Shown: piece by piece, positions 1-9,452 of the stretch
Layout: every line of letters begins with the position of its first letter
How positions within the stretch are numbered: the first letter of the stretch is position 1
DNA from: an uncultured Methanoregulaceae archaeon
GTDB taxonomy: Archaea; Halobacteriota; Methanomicrobia; Methanomicrobiales; Methanospirillaceae
NCBI GenBank assembly: GCA_963737635.1
Contig: CAVTTL010000001.1
Span: forward strand, 288,001-352,000
DNA: 64,000 bases
Reading direction: 5' to 3'
Position numbers and translations under genes: made by a program
The notes under the pieces: generated by a model
The model's database searches: none
Told to the model about the DNA's origin: nothing
The model's input: only the letters and a program-made list of their open reading frames with translations

Positions 1-498
1 CTCGGCAGAAGGCGTGACCAGGGTCCAGTTCATCCCGTCAGCCGATGACCATACATCATTTTTCGAAACACCTTCAGTATTACCTCCAATTCTCGCAGTA
101 CCTCCAATCACCCAGAGCCGGTTGTTAAATTCCGCGACGCCCATTCCCGATCGCGGGCCAAAAGGCGCGTCTGGTGTTATCTGGTCCCAGGTTTTCCCAT
201 CAGCCGACGACCAGATATCGTTTGTATCGCATGTGGTATTGCCAAGACACCCCCAGAAAAATCCATCCCGGGTGTGTCCCCCAATAACCCAGAGACGCTC
301 GTTAAAAGTTGCAGTACCAAAATCGTATCGTGGACCAAAACTTGCGTTGGAGGTGATCTCAGTCCAGTTGCCATCGGCGAAGATGTAAGCGCTTACGGGT
401 CCCGTAAGAAGAGCACATGATATGATCGCACAAATAAGGATGAGTTTCGTTCTCTCCTGCGTCTTTAGCGCTCTTTGATCTGAATGAGGTGCGGCCAT
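1..498 (-). CDS. Secreted Kelch/beta-propeller repeat protein (partial, runs off left edge)
   Basis: Not in the ORF track. Read by hand from ATG 498: signal-like LILICAIISCALLTGPVSA, then repeats FGPRYDFGTATFNERLWVIGG...NDIWSSADGKTW and FGPRSGMGVAEFNNRLWVIGG...NDVWSSADGMNW; frame open to base 1. Confidence 0.85.
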   Translation of the reverse strand, partial: MAAPHSDQRALKTQERTKLILICAIISCALLTGPVSAYIFADGNWTEITSNASFGPRYDFGTATFNERLWVIGGHTRDGFFWGCLGNTTCDTNDIWSSADGKTWDQITPDAPFGPRSGMGVAEFNNRLWVIGGTARIGGNTEGVSKNDVWSSADGMNWTLVTPSAE

Positions 499-505
499 TC
501 TGTCT

Positions 506-1159
506 CTAACTCACCACAATGGTCCAGTTAAGCGTCTGCAACGTGCGGGGTTCAGGGGTTGGATAAAACTGGAGAATGGCCGTTATAGTCTGGATACCGG
601 TCTGTGTCATCGTCACCTGCCACCGGTCTACACCATGCCCCCAACCCGGCCCCGCGTCCGTCACATTGTTGCCTACCATGCCTGAGTTTGTGATTGCGAA
701 GAGAGTCCCGTTCATATGATACCAATAATACGTTGTACTCTCATCGGAGATCTGGAGACCGGGACTCGCATTTATGATCCACTGGTCTCCCGCAAGGGAA
801 CCATCCGTCAGTTCGAGGGTGAGATTGCTGTCCAGTTTTGCATAGATCGTCGCATCGTTCCACGTTTCATTGATCGTCATATTTTGTCCCGGTACTACCA
901 ATGCCGAATAGTTTACCGGCCCAATATCCACGGTGGGAGTTGGCGTAACCGTCATATTCTGTCCCGGTACTGACGATGCTGAACTGTGTACTGACGCATT
1001 GTTCACGTTGGGAGTTTGCTCAGTCATCGTAGTTTGTCCCGGTACCGGCGCGTAGCCCACGTTGGGGTTTTGCCCGCTGGACCCGAGGCAGCCGGCCGCG
1101 AGGATAAACATGAGTATGACCGTCCCGGCTATTATTACTCCTGATTTTTGTGAAATCAT
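506..1159 (-). CDS. Lipoprotein with protease inhibitor I42 (chagasin-like) domain
   Basis: Lipobox LAAGC; three VPGQ(T/N)(T/M) repeats; C-terminal NETWNDATIYAKLDSNLTLEL...QW...SPGLQI...G...W pattern resembles chagasin-family domains. Confidence 0.6.
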   Translation of the reverse strand: MISQKSGVIIAGTVILMFILAAGCLGSSGQNPNVGYAPVPGQTTMTEQTPNVNNASVHSSASSVPGQNMTVTPTPTVDIGPVNYSALVVPGQNMTINETWNDATIYAKLDSNLTLELTDGSLAGDQWIINASPGLQISDESTTYYWYHMNGTLFAITNSGMVGNNVTDAGPGWGHGVDRWQVTMTQTGIQTITAILQFYPTPEPRTLQTLNWTIVVS

Positions 1160-1255
1160 ATATTTATCAACAGATTCTTTTGTTGTATATCCAGTTTACC
1201 ATTTTTCGATAAAAAAAATGAAAAACGCCAGTTTTTTTTAATCAGCATGAGTAAT

Positions 1256-2086
1256 TCACATTCCCATTGTTGCCGCTGACATTTGTGTCAATTCTGTCGT
1301 TGTGTTAAGGTCGACCGGTATCTCCCGATATATCTTTTCAAAACCCAAGATTCCATTGTAAGAATCAGAAAGATCAACGGTGATCATCTTATGACTATCA
1401 AACGATGACTGAACCAAGATTCCATTATCCTGATTTATCCAATTCTCACCGTTGAGTTCACCATTTATTCTTGAATCGATCGTTCCATTTGGCGTTACGA
1501 GAGATTCATTCATTGAATAGCTGATTACTTGTTGGATCTCAGTACAGTCAAATGAACCGGCTTTTGTTGTAATTTTTCCATTGCCGATGTTTGTAAAATC
1601 TGAAGATCCGCTTACATTATAGTGGATAGTTCCATTGGTAGATACGTAATCCCCGGACTGATTGAAAGATTTGGTCCAGTGTGCATCGGGATCGAGAGCA
1701 CCTTCAGGGAGAACTAATAAATTAGGCAATTCCGGCCGTATCTCCTGAATAATCGGAATTTTCGAATCAATTTGTATTACGCTGTCGTTATTTGTTTTTT
1801 CGGCCGTGAATGATCTCTCATAGAGTTGTTTTCCATTTGCATCGAATGAATACGAAAGATACTTTTTTCCCGGCTCATCCTGATTTATGACGATCTCAAG
1901 ATTTTCCAGCTCATTGGTGGAATGATCCGGGGAAGTTGTCGTGATTTCATAGTCGTATCGCGATCCATCCTGCGTTTTGGCTATTATGGAAGTACCTAGA
2001 GATTGTAATCCAATACATCCAACGCCAAAGATCAGTAACCCAAGCATGAGAAATAGTGTTATACCTATTGATATTTTGGTCATCAT
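1256..2086 (-). CDS. Hypothetical lipoprotein, beta-rich
   Basis: 276 aa, lipobox GVGC, AT-rich; motif ITTKAGSFDC...GENWINQDNGILVQ; ATG directly follows the stop of the upstream gene. Confidence 0.75.
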   Translation of the reverse strand: MMTKISIGITLFLMLGLLIFGVGCIGLQSLGTSIIAKTQDGSRYDYEITTTSPDHSTNELENLEIVINQDEPGKKYLSYSFDANGKQLYERSFTAEKTNNDSVIQIDSKIPIIQEIRPELPNLLVLPEGALDPDAHWTKSFNQSGDYVSTNGTIHYNVSGSSDFTNIGNGKITTKAGSFDCTEIQQVISYSMNESLVTPNGTIDSRINGELNGENWINQDNGILVQSSFDSHKMITVDLSDSYNGILGFEKIYREIPVDLNTTTELTQMSAATMGM

Positions 2087-2443
2087 TCACCTCTTTTTTC
2101 TCGTGATAATCACTGCTACCAGAAGAACCAAAACACCGGATAATGCGAACAAATATGCACTGACGAATCGGTTTGTCTGAAAATTCATGTAACTGAAAGC
2201 GAATAATGCAAAACCGTACGATAAAAGAGATGTAAATATCAGAATTTTTGACCAGTCGTTTCGTTCTTCTGTAATACCAAGAATCAGCAAGATCAGTCCA
2301 ATTCCTGCCAGGATTATATAGAATGAATTGATAGGTTCAGTCATTAGACCGAAAATGCCAGCCAGAGTAATCAGAATGGCAATCGCTATCAAAAAGTAAA
2401 AAGGAAGGGACTTTTTTTGCAACTTCATATGAGCACTCTTCAT
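2087..2443 (-). CDS. Small 4-TM membrane protein, candidate immunity protein
   Basis: Four hydrophobic segments and a basic tail RKKR; ATG 2443 overlaps the upstream stop (ATGA); alternative start 2428. Confidence 0.7.
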   Translation of the reverse strand: MKSAHMKLQKKSLPFYFLIAIAILITLAGIFGLMTEPINSFYIILAGIGLILLILGITEERNDWSKILIFTSLLSYGFALFAFSYMNFQTNRFVSAYLFALSGVLVLLVAVIITRKKR

Positions 2444-3102
2444 GGACATGTATGCTGGCAACACCACTGGTTCCCGGCACTGCAACAGGCATCTGCACAT
2501 GAGCAAATGGCTGCTCCGCAGGTAAGTGTACAAGCAGGAATCATACATGCGAGGCACGCAGCGCCACTGTCATCTACAATTGCGTCCGCGACGCATACTC
2601 CCGTACAAGCAACACAGCCAGTCATACACAGTCCCGCCTCTAAGATGCACATCACGACACTACCAGAACTGTTTGTAGCATCGCCTTTTACCAATATGGT
2701 TGTGGTTATTCCGGTTTTTTCATTCTCTAGGTATATCACGGATTTCTGATCGGTCGCATTTTTTCCGTATACAATTGCAACAGCATCAATGACATTAACC
2801 GAACCACTTTTATCAGTTGTTTGAGCATTGAAAACCGTTCTGTTTTGTTCCTTGTATCCCTGTCCCGTTAAATCTGCATCGAATTGCCGGACTTTTTGGT
2901 CCTGAGTGGCTTTGTCAATGTACTGTAGTCCTTCGATACCGGCTAGTACTTTGATCACCGGTTTGGAAGCAGTTGCATTATCGCTCGCACTTCCACAAGT
3001 TACTCCGGAGGGACAAGCCATTACCGGTACGACACTTACTGCAAGAACCAACAGCATTACAAGTGCCAGATCGCGAACCTTATAAATGAAAACCTTTTTC
3101 AT
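2440..3102 (-). CDS. Halocin C8-like Cys-rich bacteriocin precursor
   Basis: Signal peptide ending VPVMA, hydrophilic pro-region, C-terminal 70 aa with 16 Cys (MCILEAGLC...NQWCCQHTCP); RBS GAGGAGG upstream of ATG 3102. Confidence 0.65.
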   Translation of the reverse strand: MKKVFIYKVRDLALVMLLVLAVSVVPVMACPSGVTCGSASDNATASKPVIKVLAGIEGLQYIDKATQDQKVRQFDADLTGQGYKEQNRTVFNAQTTDKSGSVNVIDAVAIVYGKNATDQKSVIYLENEKTGITTTILVKGDATNSSGSVVMCILEAGLCMTGCVACTGVCVADAIVDDSGAACLACMIPACTLTCGAAICSCADACCSAGNQWCCQHTCP

Positions 3103-3393
3103 TTTTTTCAAACCTCCTCACTAATTTTTTTTGAGCATAACCCAAGCATTCATTTTTATGAATGGTGCAGATTACACCTAATGAAGGCCGGATTCATCCA
3201 GCGTTCAGATGAATGAATCCATCCTTTGTGTTTGGAACATCCATCTGATGTCCACAATGGGGGATAGCGCGACGCTACATATGAAGATTCTAGTTCATTC
3301 CTCTACCGGTTAACCGCATGGTTTCCGATGCGATCGATCTGCATAATCGTAACGGGCGGTATATTTTCACTATCAGGCATACCGAGTTTTATC

Positions 3394-3441
3394 TTTTCTG
3401 TCCAAAGATCCCAACTGATAGTTGGAGGATCTCGACAAAAA
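3394..3441. promoter_or_regulatory. Imperfect palindromic operator, copy A
   Basis: TTTTCTGTCCAAAGATCCCAACTG-ATAGTTGGAGGATCTCGACAAAAA; 3394-3417 is the exact reverse complement of 6278-6301. Confidence 0.7.
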
Positions 3442-3541
3442 GATTAAAATTGACATTTTTGATCGTCAGTACTAGCAGACTCCGAGAACGACTAAAAAAA
3501 CCAATTGTTCACGAATCCGGATCATTTTTCCCTCTGTTATT

Positions 3542-3808
3542 TTAATTTTTATCATTCTTGTTTTTGATCACGTATCCACATAATCCAAGGGCAGTTAAAA
3601 CGACAACGAATCCACTGAAGGGATCGCTCCCTGCCTGTGTAGTGGTTGCTGATACAGCAACGGGCACCGCGGTAGTTGTCCCGGTACTAACGTTGCCGAA
3701 CAGGGCACCATTGGCTTTTGCACGGTTGACCCGAGGCAGACCGGCCGCGAGGACAACCATGAGGATGACCGCCCCGATTATGACCATGCCTGATTTTTGT
3801 GGAATCAT
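3542..3808 (-). pseudogene. Short signal-peptide plus C-terminal anchor remnant/chimera
   Basis: N-terminus MIPQKSGMVIIGAVILMVVLAAG parallels 506-1159; lipobox Cys codon broken by an extra T; followed almost directly by a Thr-rich linker, TM segment and basic tail. Confidence 0.5.
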
Positions 3809-3871
3809 GTTCACCTCTCGGATTTTAGAAGCATTATGAAAATGAAGGTATCCTTTTTCCACGACATGAGT

Positions 3872-4504
3872 TCACATTCCCTTTTTATTCTTGAACGATC
3901 TCATAATCGCAATCGCTGCAAATACCGCTATTGGCAATGCAATGGGTAAGGGGGATGATTGTGTCGTGGCAGGGATAGGTTGCGTCGTCGGATTTGTCTG
4001 GAATTGAGCTGCAGGTGTGGCGTTCTTGGCTGGAAGGAGATTGAAATCCTGGGTTGCAACAACATTAATAATTGAACTATTTTGTGGAAATACATAAATA
4101 TAATATGGAGATCTACTGCTATTCAGTTGAGATTTGACAGCATCCGTAACATTAACCGACCAGAGATTTATTCCTGAAGAATTCGCAATTATTGAACTAT
4201 TAGTCCCAAAATCTGGACCATTCCCACCAGCATTTTTTGTCCCCCAATTCATGTATTCTGGGATGACATCTAAAATTAATATTTCAGAAGCCGGCAAATT
4301 CGTTGTGCCGTTGATAAAGAACACATCACCTATCGTATGGTTCCCGACGGGATCGATGGTGATGATGGGAGCCTGTGACGCTGCAGCGTCCGCTATGGGT
4401 ACGCTTACTATTATTGCCAAAAGTATGATATACATCAGGAATTTCTTCTTCACCATGATGTTAATCCTGCTTTTTTTTGTTTTTGTAATCGATGGTACAT
4501 TCAT
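3872..4504 (-). CDS. Secreted membrane-anchored protein with DUF3821-like Ig domain
   Basis: Signal peptide, ITIDPVGNHTIGDVFFINGTTNLP motif typical of Methanomicrobiales surface proteins, Thr/Pro linker, SPL + TM + basic tail. Confidence 0.75.
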   Translation of the reverse strand: MNVPSITKTKKSRINIMVKKKFLMYIILLAIIVSVPIADAAASQAPIITIDPVGNHTIGDVFFINGTTNLPASEILILDVIPEYMNWGTKNAGGNGPDFGTNSSIIANSSGINLWSVNVTDAVKSQLNSSRSPYYIYVFPQNSSIINVVATQDFNLLPAKNATPAAQFQTNPTTQPIPATTQSSPLPIALPIAVFAAIAIMRSFKNKKGM

Positions 4505-4576
4505 GAAATATCTTTGCTCTATTTTTCAAGAGTATGAGTCCTTATACTTTTTTTTAAAATAAAAATAATGGGAGGA

Positions 4577-6073
4577 TTAAGATGAAACGACAATATAATT
4601 TGGCTCATTATTGAAACTAACACCTCCAGGCGCAACAACCGTCAGGTTGACTGTATATGATCCCGGTGATGTGTAATAATGGGCTGGGTTCTGGCTTGTT
4701 GAGTATGCACCATCCCCGAATGACCAGTTCCAGAGGAATGGCGAACCGGTGGATTGATCCTGGAACACAACGTAATCGGATCCACTTCCTGTTCGGGGGC
4801 TGCCAGTAAAACTAACAACCGGGGGATTGATCCGGTTGGGATTATTTAATAATACAATTGTCGATGGCCACGACTGGTTATAAACTGACAGGTTCTGATA
4901 GTCGGTAAAATTATTAGGATTTTGCCAAAGAGGGTTTACAAAACCTGCCATCGAGGTCTGAGGAAGGAGAGAGTTTCCATTGGAATCTTTTAAGATGAAC
5001 CCCGAAAGTGTCACCGGGCCGGGTAAATAATTTGAATTGGGTTGGACGGAATGATCCACGCCTTCCAACACAATTTGTGCATAAGCAGGCTGGCTCATCC
5101 ATTCGGGATCATACCCCGGCTTTGTCAGGGATAATTCAGATACCATTCCCGTATTGGTATCATCTGCATATCCGGTAACTACATTTCCCGTTACTTGGAT
5201 ATTCCCATAGATTAAATCATTCTTCGCTATTTGGGATCCAACTGCTTTAGCAAAAACGTAATCGTTATTTGACGGAGTCGAATTTGACCAAATATACCAT
5301 GTTTGCAGATACCATTGATAATTAGCATTTGGCTGATTATTTACCGTGTCCCATTGAAGAACCGGTTGGATTAATGCGGTATTTACATCTCCACTACAAT
5401 AAGAAATGCCATTCCAGATAGTAACTGGAATATAATAAGTTGGTGATTGTGGAACATTCCAATCTGCTTGGAAGGTATATCCTCCCGACGACGCACTTAA
5501 TGGTGCTTCGGTTCCTTCAATCCACTGGTAAGTATAGGGAGCTCCATAGCATACAACACTCGAGCTCGGGATGTATCGTTCGTTGGAATTTGCATTAATT
5601 ATGGTTAAAATTCGTGTATTGCCATTCACAATAGTAAGTTTGTCCCCTCCATCAACGATAACGGAGCCGTTGGGAACTTCGTGGACGAACGTTGCCGGTG
5701 AATCTCCATGGATTGTGTGGACGGTTTCAGCCTGCGCATCATTCGCCGAGAGTACCTGATTCCCATTCTGGTCGAAGACTGTCGTTATGTTATTCGCATG
5801 ACGGATGATAGCACCATAAGGGATACTTACTTCCGCCGTGATTTGAGGTGTGGTCGTCTTCGCGGTCTGTACCGATTTTCCCGGACTCAACTCACCGTTC
5901 ACAGCCACAATTGGTTGGGATGTGTTGACCTGCAGTTGTGGCAACGGGACTGCACTTATCGTTCTTGCAGAAGCGACATTTGGTATAGAGTTCGTCGCGC
6001 TCACCATCGGTACCATCACCATCGCTGCCAGCAGGAATGCGAGCAGGATGATGCCAATTTTCAGCGTTCTCAT
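4577..6073 (-). CDS. Secreted protein: pro-region, possible G1 (glutamic) peptidase-like domain, C-terminal PKD domain
   Basis: Signal MRTLKIGIILLAFLLAAMVMVPMVSA; WNVP...IWNGI...LIQPVLQW...QIVLEG; PKD WNWSFGDG...NPAHYYTSPGSYTVNLTV. Confidence 0.7.
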   Translation of the reverse strand: MRTLKIGIILLAFLLAAMVMVPMVSATNSIPNVASARTISAVPLPQLQVNTSQPIVAVNGELSPGKSVQTAKTTTPQITAEVSIPYGAIIRHANNITTVFDQNGNQVLSANDAQAETVHTIHGDSPATFVHEVPNGSVIVDGGDKLTIVNGNTRILTIINANSNERYIPSSSVVCYGAPYTYQWIEGTEAPLSASSGGYTFQADWNVPQSPTYYIPVTIWNGISYCSGDVNTALIQPVLQWDTVNNQPNANYQWYLQTWYIWSNSTPSNNDYVFAKAVGSQIAKNDLIYGNIQVTGNVVTGYADDTNTGMVSELSLTKPGYDPEWMSQPAYAQIVLEGVDHSVQPNSNYLPGPVTLSGFILKDSNGNSLLPQTSMAGFVNPLWQNPNNFTDYQNLSVYNQSWPSTIVLLNNPNRINPPVVSFTGSPRTGSGSDYVVFQDQSTGSPFLWNWSFGDGAYSTSQNPAHYYTSPGSYTVNLTVVAPGGVSFNNEPNYIVVSS

Positions 6074-6252
6074 GTTTTCATACCTCCTTGTCGATACGCA
6101 TCGCTCGCCGGCACGGAAACTACATAATCGTCATTCTTCACGCCATTGAGCGTTTCAGGGCCCCGGATTTCGAGACTGGGATCCATCGCCCGGGACCCTG
6201 GGAATACCACGATAGTATTCGCACTTTGATCTCCTGAATTTCGCGTTTTATA

Positions 6253-6301
6253 TTTTCTGTCCAGAAATTGCAACTGCCAGTTGGGATCTTTGGACAGAAA
6301 A
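6253..6301. promoter_or_regulatory. Imperfect palindromic operator, copy B, between divergent promoters
   Basis: TTTTCTGTCCAGAAATTGCAACTG-C-CAGTTGGGATCTTTGGACAGAAAA; on the minus strand the arm runs straight into TATAAAA. Confidence 0.75.
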
Positions 6302-6332
6302 CTTAAGGTAACATGTTTTGAACGTCACGTTC

Positions 6333-6779
6333 ATGTCAAAAAGACTGGGATTGCTGGTGATGATGGCGCTCTTACTGTGCGCATCATCCGCCATAGTATC
6401 GGCAAAGGAACAACAGATATCTGTCACTGGTACAGGCGGTTATCTCGTCGTACCGTTCCATGGAGCGACGGGGATGAAACCATTGACCGTATACAATTCC
6501 ATTACCCAGGGACAGACCAACTGGGCGGAACAACAGGTATCGTCGAACATCAACACCCTCAACGTGGATCTGGACTGGGGAGACCCTGCCAATTCGCTGC
6601 AGCTTACTATCTACTCTCCCGACGGCTACGTATTCGGCCCGTATTATGATTCTTCTGACGGAGTCATCGATGGACGTATCAATTTGTATATCGAAAACAC
6701 GAACGGGATAACAGAAGGGACCTGGTTGTATGAGATATACGGCTACCATGTCACCGGAACACAATCTTATTCCATCTGA
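6333..6779 (+). CDS. Secreted pre-peptidase C-terminal (PPC)-like domain protein
   Basis: Signal peptide; ITQGQTNW...LNVDLDWGDPANSLQLTIYSPDG...GTWLYEIYGYHVTGTQSYSI, a family typical of Methanomicrobia. Confidence 0.8.
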   Translation: MSKRLGLLVMMALLLCASSAIVSAKEQQISVTGTGGYLVVPFHGATGMKPLTVYNSITQGQTNWAEQQVSSNINTLNVDLDWGDPANSLQLTIYSPDGYVFGPYYDSSDGVIDGRINLYIENTNGITEGTWLYEIYGYHVTGTQSYSI

Positions 6780-6796
6780 ACGGGAAGTACCGTTAT

Positions 6797-7498
6797 ATGA
6801 GACGGTCAGTAATTGTCCTTCTTTTTTTCCTGCTCTTGACCGTCAACATAGCTGTCGTGAGTGCCGGATACACCGTAACACCGTACAAACCAGCGATCGG
6901 TCCCATCGACTCCTCGGGGGCTGATGCAAATGTGTCGTTCTTCCAGCTTCCACTCTGGATCCAGATCAGCTGTATTACCGGCAGTTTACTCACCTTCTTC
7001 GCAGCGATCAAGTTCGGCCCGGTAATTCTTGGGAGGTTAGGCGATCTCCTGAACAGTAAAAACCGGCGTGCCATCCTCGATTATATCGGTGACCATCCCG
7101 GATGTACTATCACCGATCTTTCGGCAAATACACGGTTAAACCGGGGAACCGTCAAATATCACCTCTTTCTTCTTGTCAGGGAGCGGAACGTTGTCCGTAA
7201 AAACGATGGCAATAGGATGTACCTCTTCAAAAACGGGGACATTGATCAGGAAAAGAAACAGGTACTGGGGTATATACAAAATCCTGCAAAACGGCAGATC
7301 CTTTTGGTCATCAGAAACGAACCCGGCATCAACAATACTGCGATTGCAGAAAGGCTGCAAATCGATAAAAGTTCAGTGTACCGGCATCTGTCCCAGTTTC
7401 TGGATGAAAAGATGGTCGAGTGCCACTGGAATGGCAAAAATAGGTGTTACCACGTCACTTCCGATGTAGAGAAAATCCTGGACGAGTCCTCCTTATGA
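6797..7498 (+). CDS. Membrane-anchored double winged-HTH (ArsR-like, COG3398-type) transcription regulator
   Basis: Signal-like and TM segments, then two wHTH units: RRAILDYIGDHPG...NRGTVKYHL and KRQILLVIRNEPG...DKSSVYRHL. Confidence 0.85.
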   Translation: MRRSVIVLLFFLLLTVNIAVVSAGYTVTPYKPAIGPIDSSGADANVSFFQLPLWIQISCITGSLLTFFAAIKFGPVILGRLGDLLNSKNRRAILDYIGDHPGCTITDLSANTRLNRGTVKYHLFLLVRERNVVRKNDGNRMYLFKNGDIDQEKKQVLGYIQNPAKRQILLVIRNEPGINNTAIAERLQIDKSSVYRHLSQFLDEKMVECHWNGKNRCYHVTSDVEKILDESSL

Positions 7499-7537
7499 TG
7501 ACTGAGATGAAATCCATCTAAAAGCCCCAGCATCCAT

Positions 7538-8230
<693 letters not shown>

Positions 8231-8234
8231 ACCA

Positions 8235-9452
8235 TCAGGCCCTCATCGCAGTCTGGATATCCTCACGCGATACCTGGTAGGCCGGGACATACCCGGCAAT
8301 AATAGCGGCGATAAACAGAGTCAGGGAATTAGTAAACAGATCCATCGGTGTCAGGTACAGGGTCGCAGACCATTCGGGAGTCACGATGGGATGAAGGGCC
8401 ATGTAGACCGAAAGCAGCAGGGTGAGAACAATCCCGAGGATAATGCCCAGGAGGGCAAGGATCATGACCTGGAACCCATAGCTGTGCATGATAACTTCCT
8501 TATCAACACCGATTGCTTTGAGGATCCCAATCTGCCGGCGGCTGTTGAGGGTCTTGATCGTGATGACGATGAAGAGTACGACCGTCGTAATAATGATGCT
8601 CACTATCAGGGATACCAGGTTGATAATCGCAAAACTCTGGAACGCGCTTCCTAAGCTTTTTGCGAGCAGATCGGTTGTTGTCTGGACCTTTTGTGAAACA
8701 CCGTACTGGGTGAGTTCATCTTTCACAAAGCCCTCCGAATACCCGGGCGCAGCCTTGACGGTGATATCGTCCGCATAATCCAAAGGCTGCTGGCCCAGCA
8801 CCTGTTGCATGTCCGTCCAGCTCACGTAGACTGCGCTGTCTGCCTCGCTCCAGCCGGTAGAATAGATCCCTTTTACCCGGTAGTCTTTTGTGTAGCCGTT
8901 CGCGTACACGATCGTGATCGAGTCACCGACCCGGACGCCGCCGAGCGAGGGCTGGAACTCGTCCTCTTCCCGGATTGCCGGATTGCCGGCGACCGGCTTC
9001 CCGATGATGACCTCCCCGGTGTCAGTGTCCCCGAGGTACGTGCCGGCGATCATCTTCTGGTACAACGGCGAGACGTACTTCTCATCGTCAGGTTTGATGG
9101 CCCGCACCGAGACCCCGAGGATACGCTGCCGGTAGGTGAGGGTAGCACCTTCGCTTATATGGGGGGTTGCCCGTTCCACGCCGGGCATACCGTTGATAAG
9201 GGCGAGCACATCGCTCAGGTTGGTTACGTACTGGTCGCCCGACTCAGGGCTCACCAGCACATTTCCGACCTCGTAATCCACCAGCTGGGTCGTGATGCTC
9301 CGCTCGATCCCGTTAAACAGGGAGGGCAGGAAGATCATGTTGGTAAAACACATCCCGACGATCAGGACGGTCAGGATCACGCTTGACCTGCTTCCCCGCT
9401 GGAGCGACCGCAGGGCAAGCAGGAAGGCAACCTTCAGTTCTTTTTTACCCAT
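8235..9452 (-). CDS. ABC transporter permease (MacB/FtsX-like)
   Basis: N-terminal TM, large extracellular domain, RRQIGILKAIG motif, three C-terminal TMs; start taken at MGKKEL. Confidence 0.92.
   Translation of the reverse strand: MGKKELKVAFLLALRSLQRGSRSSVILTVLIVGMCFTNMIFLPSLFNGIERSITTQLVDYEVGNVLVSPESGDQYVTNLSDVLALINGMPGVERATPHISEGATLTYRQRILGVSVRAIKPDDEKYVSPLYQKMIAGTYLGDTDTGEVIIGKPVAGNPAIREEDEFQPSLGGVRVGDSITIVYANGYTKDYRVKGIYSTGWSEADSAVYVSWTDMQQVLGQQPLDYADDITVKAAPGYSEGFVKDELTQYGVSQKVQTTTDLLAKSLGSAFQSFAIINLVSLIVSIIITTVVLFIVITIKTLNSRRQIGILKAIGVDKEVIMHSYGFQVMILALLGIILGIVLTLLLSVYMALHPIVTPEWSATLYLTPMDLFTNSLTLFIAAIIAGYVPAYQVSREDIQTAMRA

Noticed and set aside
14-388. Plus-strand 124-aa ORF with apparent repeats
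   Set aside because: Antisense shadow of the minus-strand Kelch gene.
3190-3220. GGATTCAT...ATGAATCC hairpin upstream of the halocin-like gene
   Set aside because: An 8-bp stem alone is too weak to call an RNA element.
3303-3380. Tiny minus-strand ORF containing IDRIGNHAV, like the IDPVGNHTI motif
   Set aside because: About 25 codons; may be a remnant but chance similarity cannot be excluded.
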